Source: a virus (Duplodnaviria; Caudoviricetes). Taken from it: a stretch of 64,000 bases of DNA. The stretch's first letter is position 1; each line of letters opens with the position of its first letter. Position numbers and translations under genes: made by a program. The stretch is from IMG/VR virus record IMGVR_UViG_3300029288_000075, positions 123,858-187,857 of that record; one strand, written 5' to 3'. Below the pieces are notes generated by a model. That model saw only the letters and a list, made by a program, of their open reading frames with translations. It was not told the DNA's origin and ran no database searches. Positions 9,336-20,124 of this stretch are shown here, one piece after another.

Positions 9336-10114
9336 TGCTGCAATCTTCCCAACTAGAATCAACACTACGTGCGCTGTCCATGGGGGCAGTACTCATGCGC
9401 TACGTGGCAGAAGCAAGGGCGCTAATTCCTGGGTCAGAGGTAGCAGCAGACATGTTCATGCGTGCGCTGCTGACCCCGCTGTACACGCTTGAAGGACTGT
9501 TTGAAGAGGCGGACGTTCCTCAGCCGGTGTCAGTTAGAGCGCGCACGCGACGAGCGCTGACGGCAACGGTACAGCGAAAGACCAAAGCACAGCGGCAGGG
9601 GTTACCAAAGCCGGTGGACCTGCATGGACTAGACAAGCGGCTACCCTCGTTGGTTGACCGTAGAATGGGCGTGGGGCGTACAGATGAGGCGCTGGAGGCG
9701 TCTGCCTGTAGGGCCTTGCTGCTAGAGGTCATTCGCCGGGCTGCCTTCGACTGGGTTCTGTACCGTAGCAGTTCAGACATAGCGAAGAAGCAGTGGGCAG
9801 AAACAGCATACATTTGGCTGTTTGAAGAGACTCCAAGATCTGCAACATGGTCGACACGACAGCGCGACGGCAAACTGCTTACTGGCTTTGTCACGGTGTG
9901 CACCATCTTGGATCTTGACCCCGACCAGGTGAGATCTAGGGTGCGCAAAATGACAGTACAAAGCATTCTGAGTGCTGGAAGACCTGCAGAGAGACGTAAG
10001 GGAAAGGTCTCCGACGAAGTCATGCACAGCGAAGACCTGCGGGTATTTGACGTTGATGTGAGCACGTTGCCTGTGCACGACTGCATGTTCGCCCCCGAGG
10101 ATCGACATAGCTAA
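9335..10114 (+). CDS. Hypothetical protein
   Basis: 259 aa, TGATG coupling; RALLLEVIRRA..W..F..VC.ILDLDP pattern. Confidence 0.7.
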   Translation: MLQSSQLESTLRALSMGAVLMRYVAEARALIPGSEVAADMFMRALLTPLYTLEGLFEEADVPQPVSVRARTRRALTATVQRKTKAQRQGLPKPVDLHGLDKRLPSLVDRRMGVGRTDEALEASACRALLLEVIRRAAFDWVLYRSSSDIAKKQWAETAYIWLFEETPRSATWSTRQRDGKLLTGFVTVCTILDLDPDQVRSRVRKMTVQSILSAGRPAERRKGKVSDEVMHSEDLRVFDVDVSTLPVHDCMFAPEDRHS

Positions 10115-10137
10115 GAAAGAGGCGCAGGCCCTCTCTC
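10110..10137 (-). terminator. Terminator hairpin with TTAGC tail
   Basis: GAGAGAGG-gcctgcg-CCTCTTTC-TTAGC on minus strand at a convergent junction. Confidence 0.6.
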
Positions 10138-10147
10138 CCGGTGCAGC

Positions 10148-11002
10148 TCACGTGCAGTACTTGGCATAGAAGTCGTTGCAGATGTCTGTCGTCAAAGCCA
10201 CGTGCTCGGAGGTGTTGTTGGCATAGTTCACCCAGCACCATCCTGTATTTGAACTATAGTCACAGCTCTCTAATGACGAACCGTCTGCCGCAACGTTGGA
10301 GCACTTGTAGTCGGGGTTGGCACTTCCGTTGGGAAAGGTCTTGATGGATGCCATCACCAGCGTATGGCAGTCGATTGATCCCCACACGAAGGTCGAGCCC
10401 CCCGTGCCAGCGTTCCCACCTGTGGTGGCTGTGCCGCCAGCGACGCCGCTGGTACTCGCCGAACCGCCAGTGCTGGGAGTGCCTCCTGTGCTGGCTGGCG
10501 TTCCGCCGGTGCTTGTTGATGCCCCTCCGGTGGCGTTGGGGGTGCCTCCGGTGGCAGCAGCCCCACCGGTCGAAGAGCCGCTTCTGCTCATGGATCCTCC
10601 AGTAGGTCTCGCGCCGCCGGTTGCCGCAGCCCCGCCAGTGCCGTCGAAAGTCCCACCTGTAGTCTGTGTTGCTACGCCGCCCGTGGCATACGCGGTGGAC
10701 CCTCCCGTGGCCTGGCTGCCTCCTGTAGAGGCTCCACCCGATGCACCGGGGTTGCCGCCGGTGGCTTGGCTGATGGAGCCCCCAGTTGCTACCTGTGAGG
10801 AGCCGCCAACTACGAACGTGGATCCACCGGTGACCCTCACCGTGGTACTAGCAGAACCGCCAGTACTTTTGATGACGGTGATTGCACCCGAAGCTCCTGC
10901 TACGTCGACAGCGTAGTTTTCTGGGCTCGCTTCGTCGCTACCGCAGGCAGCGCTGAGAACTGCAAGAGATGCCGTGAGCAGAATCTTGGATGTAGTTTTC
11001 AT
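10148..11002 (-). CDS. Gly/Thr/Ala-rich lipoprotein of myxobacterial style with Cys-rich C-terminal domain
   Basis: MKTTSKILLTASLAVLSAAC lipobox; long TGG-repeat linker; 6-Cys C-terminal domain. Confidence 0.8.
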   Translation of the reverse strand: MKTTSKILLTASLAVLSAACGSDEASPENYAVDVAGASGAITVIKSTGGSASTTVRVTGGSTFVVGGSSQVATGGSISQATGGNPGASGGASTGGSQATGGSTAYATGGVATQTTGGTFDGTGGAAATGGARPTGGSMSRSGSSTGGAAATGGTPNATGGASTSTGGTPASTGGTPSTGGSASTSGVAGGTATTGGNAGTGGSTFVWGSIDCHTLVMASIKTFPNGSANPDYKCSNVAADGSSLESCDYSSNTGWCWVNYANNTSEHVALTTDICNDFYAKYCT

Positions 11003-11013
11003 GTCATGTTCTT

Positions 11014-11274
11014 TCAGTGAGTTGTAGGAGACATTGGGTAGCACTGCAGGATGAGTGTGCCTTCTCCGTTGTCGTAGTCACCCAGGTATTCGTCTTCTAC
11101 TTCTATGGTATCGAGTGGTTGCACATGGCCCACTGTGGTTTCTGGGCCTTGGTAAATGACGGTGCGATCCCTAAGATAGGCGCATAGCTCTACGGGACGG
11201 CACGGGGTTTCGTTGGGTACGTCGACCACAAAGGTCGGGTCGTCGAACTTTTTCAGACGGGTCATTCCTTGCAT
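11014..11274 (-). CDS. Hypothetical acidic protein
   Basis: GAGGAGG SD; first gene after promoter motif. Confidence 0.7.
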   Translation of the reverse strand: MQGMTRLKKFDDPTFVVDVPNETPCRPVELCAYLRDRTVIYQGPETTVGHVQPLDTIEVEDEYLGDYDNGEGTLILQCYPMSPTTH

Positions 11275-11294
11275 GTGGTTCCTCCTCTACCTAT

Positions 11295-11320
11295 CTTATC
11301 CCCGAATTTGCCCACTTCTT
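11295..11320 (-). promoter_or_regulatory. Phage promoter AAG-N15-GGGATAAG
   Basis: 20 nt upstream of ATG 11274; divergent partner at 11382. Confidence 0.75.
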
Positions 11321-11381
11321 TCAACCTGATGCGGTTGTTGACCCCTCTATTCCGCGCTTGAGCACCACCAGGAAGCACATG

Positions 11382-11407
11382 AAGAATACGGCGGTTCATG
11401 GCATAAG
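11382..11407 (+). promoter_or_regulatory. Phage promoter AAG-N15-GGCATAAG
   Basis: 20 nt upstream of GTG 11428; heads a long + strand ORF array. Confidence 0.75.
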
Positions 11408-11427
11408 GGATCTATGGAGACTGTACC

Positions 11428-14400
11428 GTGGGTGATGTAATCGATCGCAAGCCCCCTCAATGGCAAAAGAAAGCCCCAGTAGAGGTCGACGAAGACGCCA
11501 TGATTCTGAGATTGGCGAGTGCTGTACTACGCACACTCACCGACGAAGTGGTTCCCACGCAGGCGCAAATTGCTGTACTGCAGCTAGTGAAGCGCGCCGT
11601 GTTGGGAAACTACTTGGCGGCAACGCCTAGTGCATCAGCTCGAGAAGTCTTGTCGCAAGCCAACGCCTTGGCCAGAAACTACTCTGTCATGGGTGCAGAC
11701 GGACAAAGCTATGACTGAAGAAACTACGATGAACGAGCTGACTGCAGTGGAGCTAGACCGTATCGACACCGTACGCGCACCGCCGCTATTCTTGGACTCT
11801 TCTCCTTGCGCATCGTTGGAGGAGCTGCGGGAATCGCTGCAGCAGCCGCTAGAGAAAGGGACTGTAAACAATCCATGACGTCACTTTGGCTACTAAAACT
11901 ACGAGTGCTAGAGACCGCGCGCAAATGGTGGGAGATGCATAAGCCCGTCGACTGGTCTTTGGAGAAGCACTTGCTCAACCCAACCATCAATACGTGTGGG
12001 GAGGATGAGAGTGCGTTAGCGCGCTCTGTGGCCTCGTTGGTCAAGGAGTCTTGGCAATGGGACGACGCCGAGCCCATCGTACGAGACCTATATGGGCTGG
12101 TGAAGGACATGGAAAGCGCCAAGAAAGCGAGGCCAGACCGGCACTTGATCCTGCGCAGGGCAGAAGCTTTCTTGGGTTTGCGGACAGTGTCTGAGGTGCC
12201 TGCTCCCATAGAGAGGGCAAAGGCCAAGGGAAAGCTGCATGAAACACAGCAAGCGCGGGGCACGTGGCGTCAAGGGCAAAGAGCGTAAGCAGGGGGACTG
12301 TCCTTCGCGGCAGCCCTGGAGAGGAAGAACGAGCAAATGGCAAGGTCTACGACTGGAAGAAAGCCTAGAAAGGTTGGCAAGAAGGCCACCACCAAGCTCC
12401 GGACAGCAGCCAATGTCCGCAACGCAAAGAAGAATCCTCGAGTTGCAAGCCCACTACGCGAAGTCCTCGCACACATGACGGGAAAGAATCCTCCAAGGTT
12501 TGTACGTGGCTATTCGCTGGACGAGCTGTCTGACGAGGAGTACGAGCAGCTACACACGTGGGCGGTCAAGAACGTACGACCTCGTTGGCTCACGGGGTGT
12601 GGCCTACTGGAGGCTGCTGAAGATCAGGTACAGGACGCGGTCAGCAATGGCAACATCCTTCCGTCCCCCGACTCATTGTCAGGTAGGGTGGAGGCCGCAC
12701 AGCGAGTCCTACGCCGTCTACGGCAGCGGTATGATGCTGCGCTACTAGACTTGGCTGTTGCTGTGGAAGGGCAGGCCAGGAGGACCCAGCATGACTGCAA
12801 CTGCAAAGCGATGGGCTGAAGAGGTCAAGGATCCAGTGCTGTTTCTGAAGTGCTTGCATAGCGCGTTGAATGATCCCGATGTCTTGCCGGAGTTCGACAG
12901 GCTTACTGGATTTGACTTGTGCATGCGGCGCCCAGCCATAGAACAGGCGATAGACAAGGCCACTGGCATGCTTGACGGTGGTGTTGAGGCGTTTCTGAAG
13001 TTTGTCGTGGATGCCATTTACCTACCAGTCGAGAAGGAGCTTTCGGAGATTCATCATGAAAAGTGACAGCTACTGCACTACCTTTTGCAATCACCCGCAT
13101 AGACTGTCCGACGGCAAACCTATCGCGCATGAATGCTATGTACTTCCAACTGCGGCACTATATGCAGAGAAAGCAGGAAAGATAGGGCTGGCAGTCGAGG
13201 AGCTGTCCAAGTGGAAGAACCGCAGAGTGCACCGTGGACTCAAGGAATCCCGTGCCTCATGATCATGACAGTATCGGTAGTGATGTGCGACCACTGCCAA
13301 GATCTGAAGTTTGCTTCGCACGTTGAGGCATACCGCGTAGCTGACGGACCTACGCTGCACATCTGCTGTATTTGCCAGCGCAAGCCTTTTCGAAAAGTGC
13401 AACCGGCACCTAAGCGGATAGCTGCCCTCGAGCTGATACGGCAGGCTGCGGAACACCTGAATGACTGAGTACACGCCCCCAGAGCGTCAGTTGATTTCGC
13501 ACGAAGTAGCACTGGCGCTGGAGTTCGAACAGCTGATTGAGGGGCTGTACGAGGAACGTGAGGCTGGGGTTGCCGCGCGTAAGAGGTTCATGGATGGGGT
13601 CCGTGCGCTGTTGGAGGCGCCCGTTGTACGTGAACCAGTGGTTATGAACCAGCAGCAATGGGAGGACATCCTGCGATACGAGGAAGGAGTTCGAATGAAG
13701 GACGACACACTGCTGATACGGCGGGTTATACGCAACGGCGCTAACAGATCCTCCACGGGGCCTGTTGTTGCGTCAGCCAGGGAACTTCGTAGGTTCGGCA
13801 TGGACAAGAAGCCTGTAGCGCCTGCCACCTACACGAAGCGCAACCGAAAGAGCAAGCGGTGACAGAAGCAGCAGATGAATACCGCCGGCTGTACAGCGAG
13901 TTGTTGTTTGCTCGTGAGCTAGATGGCGGTGATCTATCGCAGGAAGAAGAGGCACATCGCTGCGGTCAGCTCACTGACCTTTGGAACGAGATGACCGAAG
14001 AGGAGCAGGCCTCTTTCGAGCGGGATCTGGTGTCACCCTCCCCTGGCCTTCCATATAGCGACAACCCGTTGGGAGATCCGATGACGGATATGCGCACGGT
14101 GCTAGGAACCGGCGGCCTACCTCGCCAGCCTGCAGAGGATGCTTCGGATGCCAGACGAAGATGACACCAGCCTTGGTCTGGCTTTTGAGGAACGTGTGGA
14201 GACCAGGGCTGTTGTCCGCGTGGTGCAGGAAACGATGCGCCATGAATTGCAGGGCTTTGTTGGCACCCCGCGGATAACTGGGATGCGGATATCCGGGGAA
14301 GAGGCTACAGTTGAGGCTGACGTTGTACTGGACGTTCCAGCAAACTACATACGAATCCAGTTTGACCTAGGAGAGAACATGACGAAGCAATTTGATACAT

Positions 14401-15114
14401 GGGGGCCAGAGACGCCGGAGTCTGCTCTTGAAGGAGTGGCTGTGATACAGGAGGTGGACCCGCGGGTGGACAGTACACACCAGCTAGGAGTACTGCCCGT
14501 ACCGGCTAATCCTCCCCCACCTACGGGTTGGGAGTATTGGGGTAAGCAGCCTGTTCCAAAGCAAGCGGCCGAGTTATGCATGACCATGCTGCACGCGCCT
14601 AGCCTGTACCCCATGGGTGCTTTTGCTCGCATCAAGGTTGGTGAAAAGGTCATAGGCGCGCGTGTGGAGTGGCACGACATACAGGGTGCTACTGGAAAAA
14701 GGGGATGCTTCCGCGGGGTGAATCTGCTTCACAAGGTGCACAATGCCGTTTAGAGCGCACCTGACTCGCACGCACAAGGAGAAGGTGCAGCTCGCTATGG
14801 AGGTGTGTGCCTACTTGAACGAGCTGCTGGAGGCAGACCAGCTGACGTTGCACCGCATGGTCGAAGCCAGATTTCGGTGCAACCGGAAGCTACTGGAGCA
14901 TCCAACAGCCCAAGTAGATGCATCCCGTGGCACTCCAGTAGTAGGCCTACTAGGGATCATCAACGGCCTGATAGGCGTGGACGACAACCGGTGGGGCTAC
15001 GTGACTGCGCTGTACGGAAGCAACCACGAGCTGGAGAAGTTTGTACTGTCTCCACGGCAACATGCCAATGGCAAAGTCGAAGAAGCAAAAGAAGAGGCAC
15101 TGGAAGACAGCTAG
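11428..15114 (+). other. Array of small coupled hypothetical CDSs (11428-11718, 11711-11878, 11875-12288, 12337-12819, 12791-13066, 13056-13262, 13259-13468, 13461-13862, 13859-14164, 14139-14753, 14743-15114)
   Basis: Tiled + strand ORFs with overlapping start/stop codons; several Cys/His clusters; typical early-gene region. Confidence 0.6.
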
Positions 15115-15195
15115 CGAGCAGCGCAAGTACATGTTCCGACAGCGTGAGAAACAGCAAAAGAACACGGAAAGCGCTGCACCAGCAAAGGAGGAGTA

Positions 15196-15429
15196 ATGCC
15201 CTTGAAGACACGGGTGGTCTACGCCATCACAGAGAGGTCGGGTAAGATCTACATGCGTAGGATTGGTGCAGGGCATGAGAACCCAGACGGAAGTCTGGAC
15301 TTACGCCTGGAGGCGTTGCCCACTGACGGCTGCATACACGTGCGTACGTTCGTGCCCGCACCAGCGTCCAAGAAGCCCGTGCTGCGCCTCACACGTGCGT
15401 CTAGGGACGCTCCTTGGAGAAGATCATGA
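15196..15429 (+). CDS. Small DUF736-like protein of a type common in myxobacteria
   Basis: AGGAGGAG SD; VYAITER.GK.Y..RIG.G..NPDGSL.LRLEALP.DG.I.VR pattern. Confidence 0.55.
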   Translation: MPLKTRVVYAITERSGKIYMRRIGAGHENPDGSLDLRLEALPTDGCIHVRTFVPAPASKKPVLRLTRASRDAPWRRS

Positions 15430-15746
15430 CATGCACCTCATGCCGAATTGCGAACATGGAGTGTGACTGCGCCGACGGCCCATGTCCGGACTGCGACGAG
15501 CGTCTCTACGGTCCTCCAGAGAACACGACGCTGCCAGATCCATCACTGATTTCGTGTGACTATGCGGCTGTGGAGCTTCGTGTGCTGGCTGCCGCAGCGA
15601 TAAAGAATCCTGATTTGGACTTGGTGGTTCTGGACGTGTACGGTACAGATGTTCGTACCGTAGTGGACACGCAGGCAGACCGTAAGAAGCAACTGGCTGC
15701 GCTTTACGGTGCCTGCCTTGGAGACAAGCCCAATGAACCAAGATGA
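15426..15746 (+). CDS. Zn-finger miniprotein with DNA polymerase A motif-like peptide
   Basis: CxxC..CxC..CxxC then ISCDYAAVELRVLA and RKKQLAALYG. Confidence 0.5.
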   Translation: MTCTSCRIANMECDCADGPCPDCDERLYGPPENTTLPDPSLISCDYAAVELRVLAAAAIKNPDLDLVVLDVYGTDVRTVVDTQADRKKQLAALYGACLGDKPNEPR

Positions 15747-18700
15747 GGTTCGTAAGCTTACGGGGCTTCGAATGGCCCAGGAGATTCAAGAGGAGCAAGA
15801 GGCAGAACTTCAGCTCATCCTGGACAACATGAAACAAGGGATCCCCTTGGAGGACACTGTTGCTGCTCTGCGCCTCGAAGAAGACATGAGCCGCCCTTGG
15901 CGTAAGGAACAGGGCGAGGTCTTCCCCGAGGTACGGCAGCCCTCGGAGAAGGAGCGGATGATTGCTGAGTTGATGCTGCTCATTCGCACGAACTTCACTA
16001 GGCCCGGGGTGCCCATGGAATACCTCAGGCAAGAGATTGAGGGGATAGCAGGCCCTTGCGAGGTTCAGGGACTAGCGCACACCGTCATTATTCGCCGACT
16101 GCAAGAAGAAGCGGACGGCACGCACATTGAGATCAACATCGACTTCTAGGAACTGGCAATGAACGACAACGAAGTGTACGACCGAGTTATTCGACGTGAA
16201 CTTTCCCCAGACCAGCTAGATGACTGGTACATGGGCATACCTGGTACCCCGAGCAAGTACCAGATGTACCTCTTTGCCGAAGGCAGGGCTTTCTTGCTGA
16301 TGCAGTCCAGGCCGTTGGCGCGTGAGATGACTCTACAGGAGCCTTACACCCAGCTGCAGCGGATACGCGTACGCACGGACCACGTACCTCCGCCGTTGGT
16401 TGGCCACCTACAAGCTACAGTTACTGGGCGTGATACGTGCATGACTTGGATGGTGCCTGCCCATTTGCGTGAGGGATTAGTGGCCACGTTGAAGGAGCAG
16501 GGATACGACGTGGTCGACTGCAAGCAGCCTACGGTCATGACCTACGTGTACGTGGAGGGAGACTCAGGCTCTGCTGTCATGTCTGGTAGGCACGAGTACC
16601 CCGCCCCAGCAGGTTGGCGTTGTTGGACAGTCCCCGCTGCAGAAGTGGGCCCTATATTGAAGCAGCTGTGGAGTGCCGGGTACATCGCTACGCTTGCAGT
16701 TCCCACGACCCTGTCTTCCTCCATAGACATCGTAGAGGAGAAGAATGGGAGGGCGCAGCTTGTCTATGGGCGTGTTCCAACTACTCCTTTCCGCACGAGT
16801 TTACCCAACACGGCCTCGAAGGGATTGCTTGGTCTGCTTGGTTTTGGCCGCAAGGCACGGAAGGATCCCTGATGGCAGCAAAACGACGTGGCCATACCAT
16901 CTCCCTCAAAGGGGTGGCGGCAAAGGCCTTCGTGGAGATGTATACGGGCGTACGTGCGCCATGTGAAGATGACGTGTTTGTGCGGTTGGCTACCCTTGTG
17001 CACATGGAGGTAGCCTCCAACAACATGGATGGTGCAGTGGCGTTACTCAAGGATGCCATGGCCCAGGCGCGTGTTGATGCACGCAAGGACTACAACCAGG
17101 TGACTGAGCAGGAGCACAAGGAGTGCCATGAGACCCTTCCAAAAACCTGAAAAGACGAAGAAGCCCTTCAAGAGGGTGGTTGGGGCATCCTGCTCTGACG
17201 CCCAGCGAGTAGTGCACCCGGCTACACGCGAGCAAGATGCGTCGAATCTAGCCAGGGTGCAGCGAGAACGTGCATTGAAACCACCACCCCTCAAGTTGCC
17301 AGACCGGTGCAGCAGAAGGTCGTAGGAATCACATGAATAGGTCAACAAAGTTGCGACGCGAGCGAAAGAAGGAACGAGCAGCGCGAGCAAAGGGTAGAAC
17401 GCACTACTACGATTTCGAAACTGCTGCTCTGCTTCCGCGGCAGACGCAGCCACCGGCGCCGGTGAAGCCTGCTGCCAGCGATGCAGTACCTGTGGATTCC
17501 CGCCTGCTGATCCAATACATGGGCATTGGGCGTCCTTCCTGCCTACGTCCATACCGCAAGGGTGTCAGCCTCAAGGAGGGTTGGCAGTCCTATTGGGTGC
17601 CAACGGAACGGCTAGCTGAACTGCAGCAAGAACTTGAGCTGGCAGGCATACCCAGCAGTACAGGAATGCCCATCACGTTCGTTCCTACCAGCACCAGAGA
17701 TGGAGATTACTGACATGGCGACCGTCAAAGACCGGATGTTGTATCCGTCACCGGCAAAGGACCGTCTCACTTTCGGTGCGCAGCTTCGTCAAGATTTGGA
17801 TGAAGCAAGGAGTGAAGAAGACCAAGGGATCTTTGCATCAATAGCAGAAACTTCGCAGGTAGTGCACGACGAGATCCAGGAAGTAGATGTCGACCTAGTG
17901 CAGAAAATGGCCACGACGGCTACGCTGGTGACTCCGCCGCCCTTCGTTGACCCCTACAAGGTAGGGTACAAGCCGCTTTGTCCTGAGGAGCAGGCACTAG
18001 TGGTGGTTCATTTGTTCGCCTGCCTCGTACTGGACCACATTGGCCCTGAGCTGGACCGATTGGAAGGAGAGGAGGGACTTAGGGGATTTGGTGAGCTCTT
18101 GGAGGATGACCCTCCTGCGGATCACGGAGTCTACATCTGGACTGGGCATGTACGCTGGACTCCAGCAACCCCGCCAGATCTTGACGACTCAGAACGCGAG
18201 TTGGTGGGCTTCTTCCGAGAGGCTACAGCGGAGGAGTGGGATGCTCACTTGCGTGGGGAGCATCCGTGGGACCCCAGCGAATGGAAGGAAGAAGATGTCG
18301 GAAACATTGACGATAAACGCGGATCAGCTGAGGGAGATAACGAAGCTGGCAGCTAGGTACGGCATCACTGTCAACGAGTGTCTGCGCAAGCTACTTGAGC
18401 GGGCACTGCTAGACGTCAAGTTGGCTGAAGCTCATTCGTTGTAGACGAGAAAGGACGTAAAGGATGCCGATAGAGCTCGTAAGCGACAGGCTTGAGCGGG
18501 AGCGCAGAGAAGCAGCGGATGCGAGGAAACGCATCCGTTATGTGATCGTGCACTACTCCCCAAAGTGCGATGGCTATTCCCTGGCCGTTACAAATCAGGG
18601 TAGGTTTCACTACGACGATGCTGCTTCTGCACTAGATGCTGCGGCGGTGCTCAGACCTAGCATGAAGAGTAAGTTAGGTCTGGCGGATATCAATGTCATA

Positions 18701-19337
18701 GCCGCCACGTGCTGGGAAAGTGGGGACTGCTGCGGTACCGTGTTTTCAAAGGAATACGTGAAAGCCAACATGGTGGTGGACGACGATCCTGTACGCAGGG
18801 CACAGTTGGCGGCAGAAAGCGAGGAATAGTATGGCATTTCACGAATCCAAACCGCGTAAGGGCAAGCGTCGTCGCGTGAAGTTCAACGCTGACGAGATGC
18901 ATGATTGGTACACCGACTTGTGGGACGAGTTCCCACCAAGTCCGCTGTGCCCAGAAGACCGCACCAACTTCAAGACCGTCACCTACGTCCCGCTGGCAGA
19001 TCTCAAGGCCTTAGCTGCAGCAGTTCGTGCCCACAACAGGGCGGTCATAGATGCGGAGTCCATGCTCCCAGAGCAGGAGACAGACTGGCCCGATGGGTAT
19101 GACTTCAAGGAACTAGAAAAGGTCAATGCAGTTGAGGATTTGGCGCGGGCCAGGCTGAATCGCCTTCTAAGCCGCGCCGAAGGAGGCAAGGATGGCACTT
19201 GTGCTACTTGCAAGCACTGCATCCACGACAAGAAGCACAACCGTAGGTACTGCAAGAAGCGTGTGAATGGGGCCACCTACGACGACGTACCTGCCAGCGG
19301 GGCTGGCTTTTGCTACATGTACGAAGTATCTAGATGA
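15733..19337 (+). other. Array of hypothetical CDSs (15733-16149, 16159-16872, 16872-17150, 17128-17325, 17333-17713, 17715-18356, 18295-18444, 18464-18829, 18831-19337)
   Basis: Tiled ORFs with SD sites; 18295-18444 resembles a ribbon-helix-helix protein. Confidence 0.6.
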
Positions 19338-19344
19338 GGATTAC

Positions 19345-19995
19345 ATGCCAACAACCGAAGTAGAGAAAGCCACCAAGACTAATGACACCTGCCAGGGGTG
19401 TGGAGCCTGCTGCGCTCCAGGCATTTTGGGACAAGAGACTGGTCCTTACCTTGAAGTCACGCCGTCTGATCTCAAAGATGAGTTCAAGAGTAGGAAGAAG
19501 CTGGTGGTCAAAGACCAGTTCTTCGGAGAAGGCGGAAGGCTTTTTCTTCCAGTGGTCAGAGCGCAGAACGACTTCACCCAGTGTGAGCATCTAGCAGGGC
19601 ACGTGTTGCAGGATGCACGCTGTGGCTGCTATGACACCAGGCCCGCGGCTTGCCGCATCTTCGTTCCTGGTGGAGAGATGTGTCAAAAGGCACGGCAGGC
19701 CTGGTTGGTACATAGAGACCAGGTGCGATGGGAGCTATCGGAGCATCCCGAGCTCAATAGGGACGAGGCGGTTTTCGCCGTAGTGTCCAGAAACAATGGC
19801 CCCTTCCTTGGCTTGGACTTGCACAACGCGGTACTCAATTCTTTGGGGCAGGGACCTGACTACGTGTACTTGCGTGCGAAGAGGGATAGAGAGCAGCAGC
19901 TTGAAGTAACCAAGTTGCCTGCTTCGGAGATCCCTGACCTTCAGAAAAAACGCCCAGCGGTTCCTGTATCTGGCAGAAGAAAGGCCAAGGCATGA
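19345..19995 (+). CDS. YkgJ-family CxxCxxCC zinc/iron-chelating protein
   Basis: CQGCGACC..CEHL..CGCYDTRPAACRIF..C. Confidence 0.8.
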   Translation: MPTTEVEKATKTNDTCQGCGACCAPGILGQETGPYLEVTPSDLKDEFKSRKKLVVKDQFFGEGGRLFLPVVRAQNDFTQCEHLAGHVLQDARCGCYDTRPAACRIFVPGGEMCQKARQAWLVHRDQVRWELSEHPELNRDEAVFAVVSRNNGPFLGLDLHNAVLNSLGQGPDYVYLRAKRDREQQLEVTKLPASEIPDLQKKRPAVPVSGRRKAKA

Positions 19996-20120
19996 GCATG
20001 GAGTTTCTCACCTTCTTCTATACGCATTGGGTACTTACCACCTGGTTCCTTGCTGTGAACTGGGGAGGGATCATCCTGACGGTAGGTGCTGCGTATGAGG
20101 CGTTGAACAAGAAAGGATAG
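19992..20120 (+). CDS. 42-aa membrane peptide (absent from the ORF track)
   Basis: ATGA overlap; MSMEFLTFFYTHWVLTTWFLAVNWGGIILTVGAAYEALNKKG. Confidence 0.5.
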   Translation: MSMEFLTFFYTHWVLTTWFLAVNWGGIILTVGAAYEALNKKG

Positions 20121-20124
20121 ACAC

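Noticed and set aside
10317-10916. Pro/Val-rich + strand ORF
   Set aside because: Antisense shadow of the Gly/Thr-rich lipoprotein; no SD
11293-11324. Reading TTGAAA..TAAGAT as a sigma70 promoter
   Set aside because: Spacer would be 20 nt, and most other motif copies lack the final T; the N15 bipartite model fits all 12 sites
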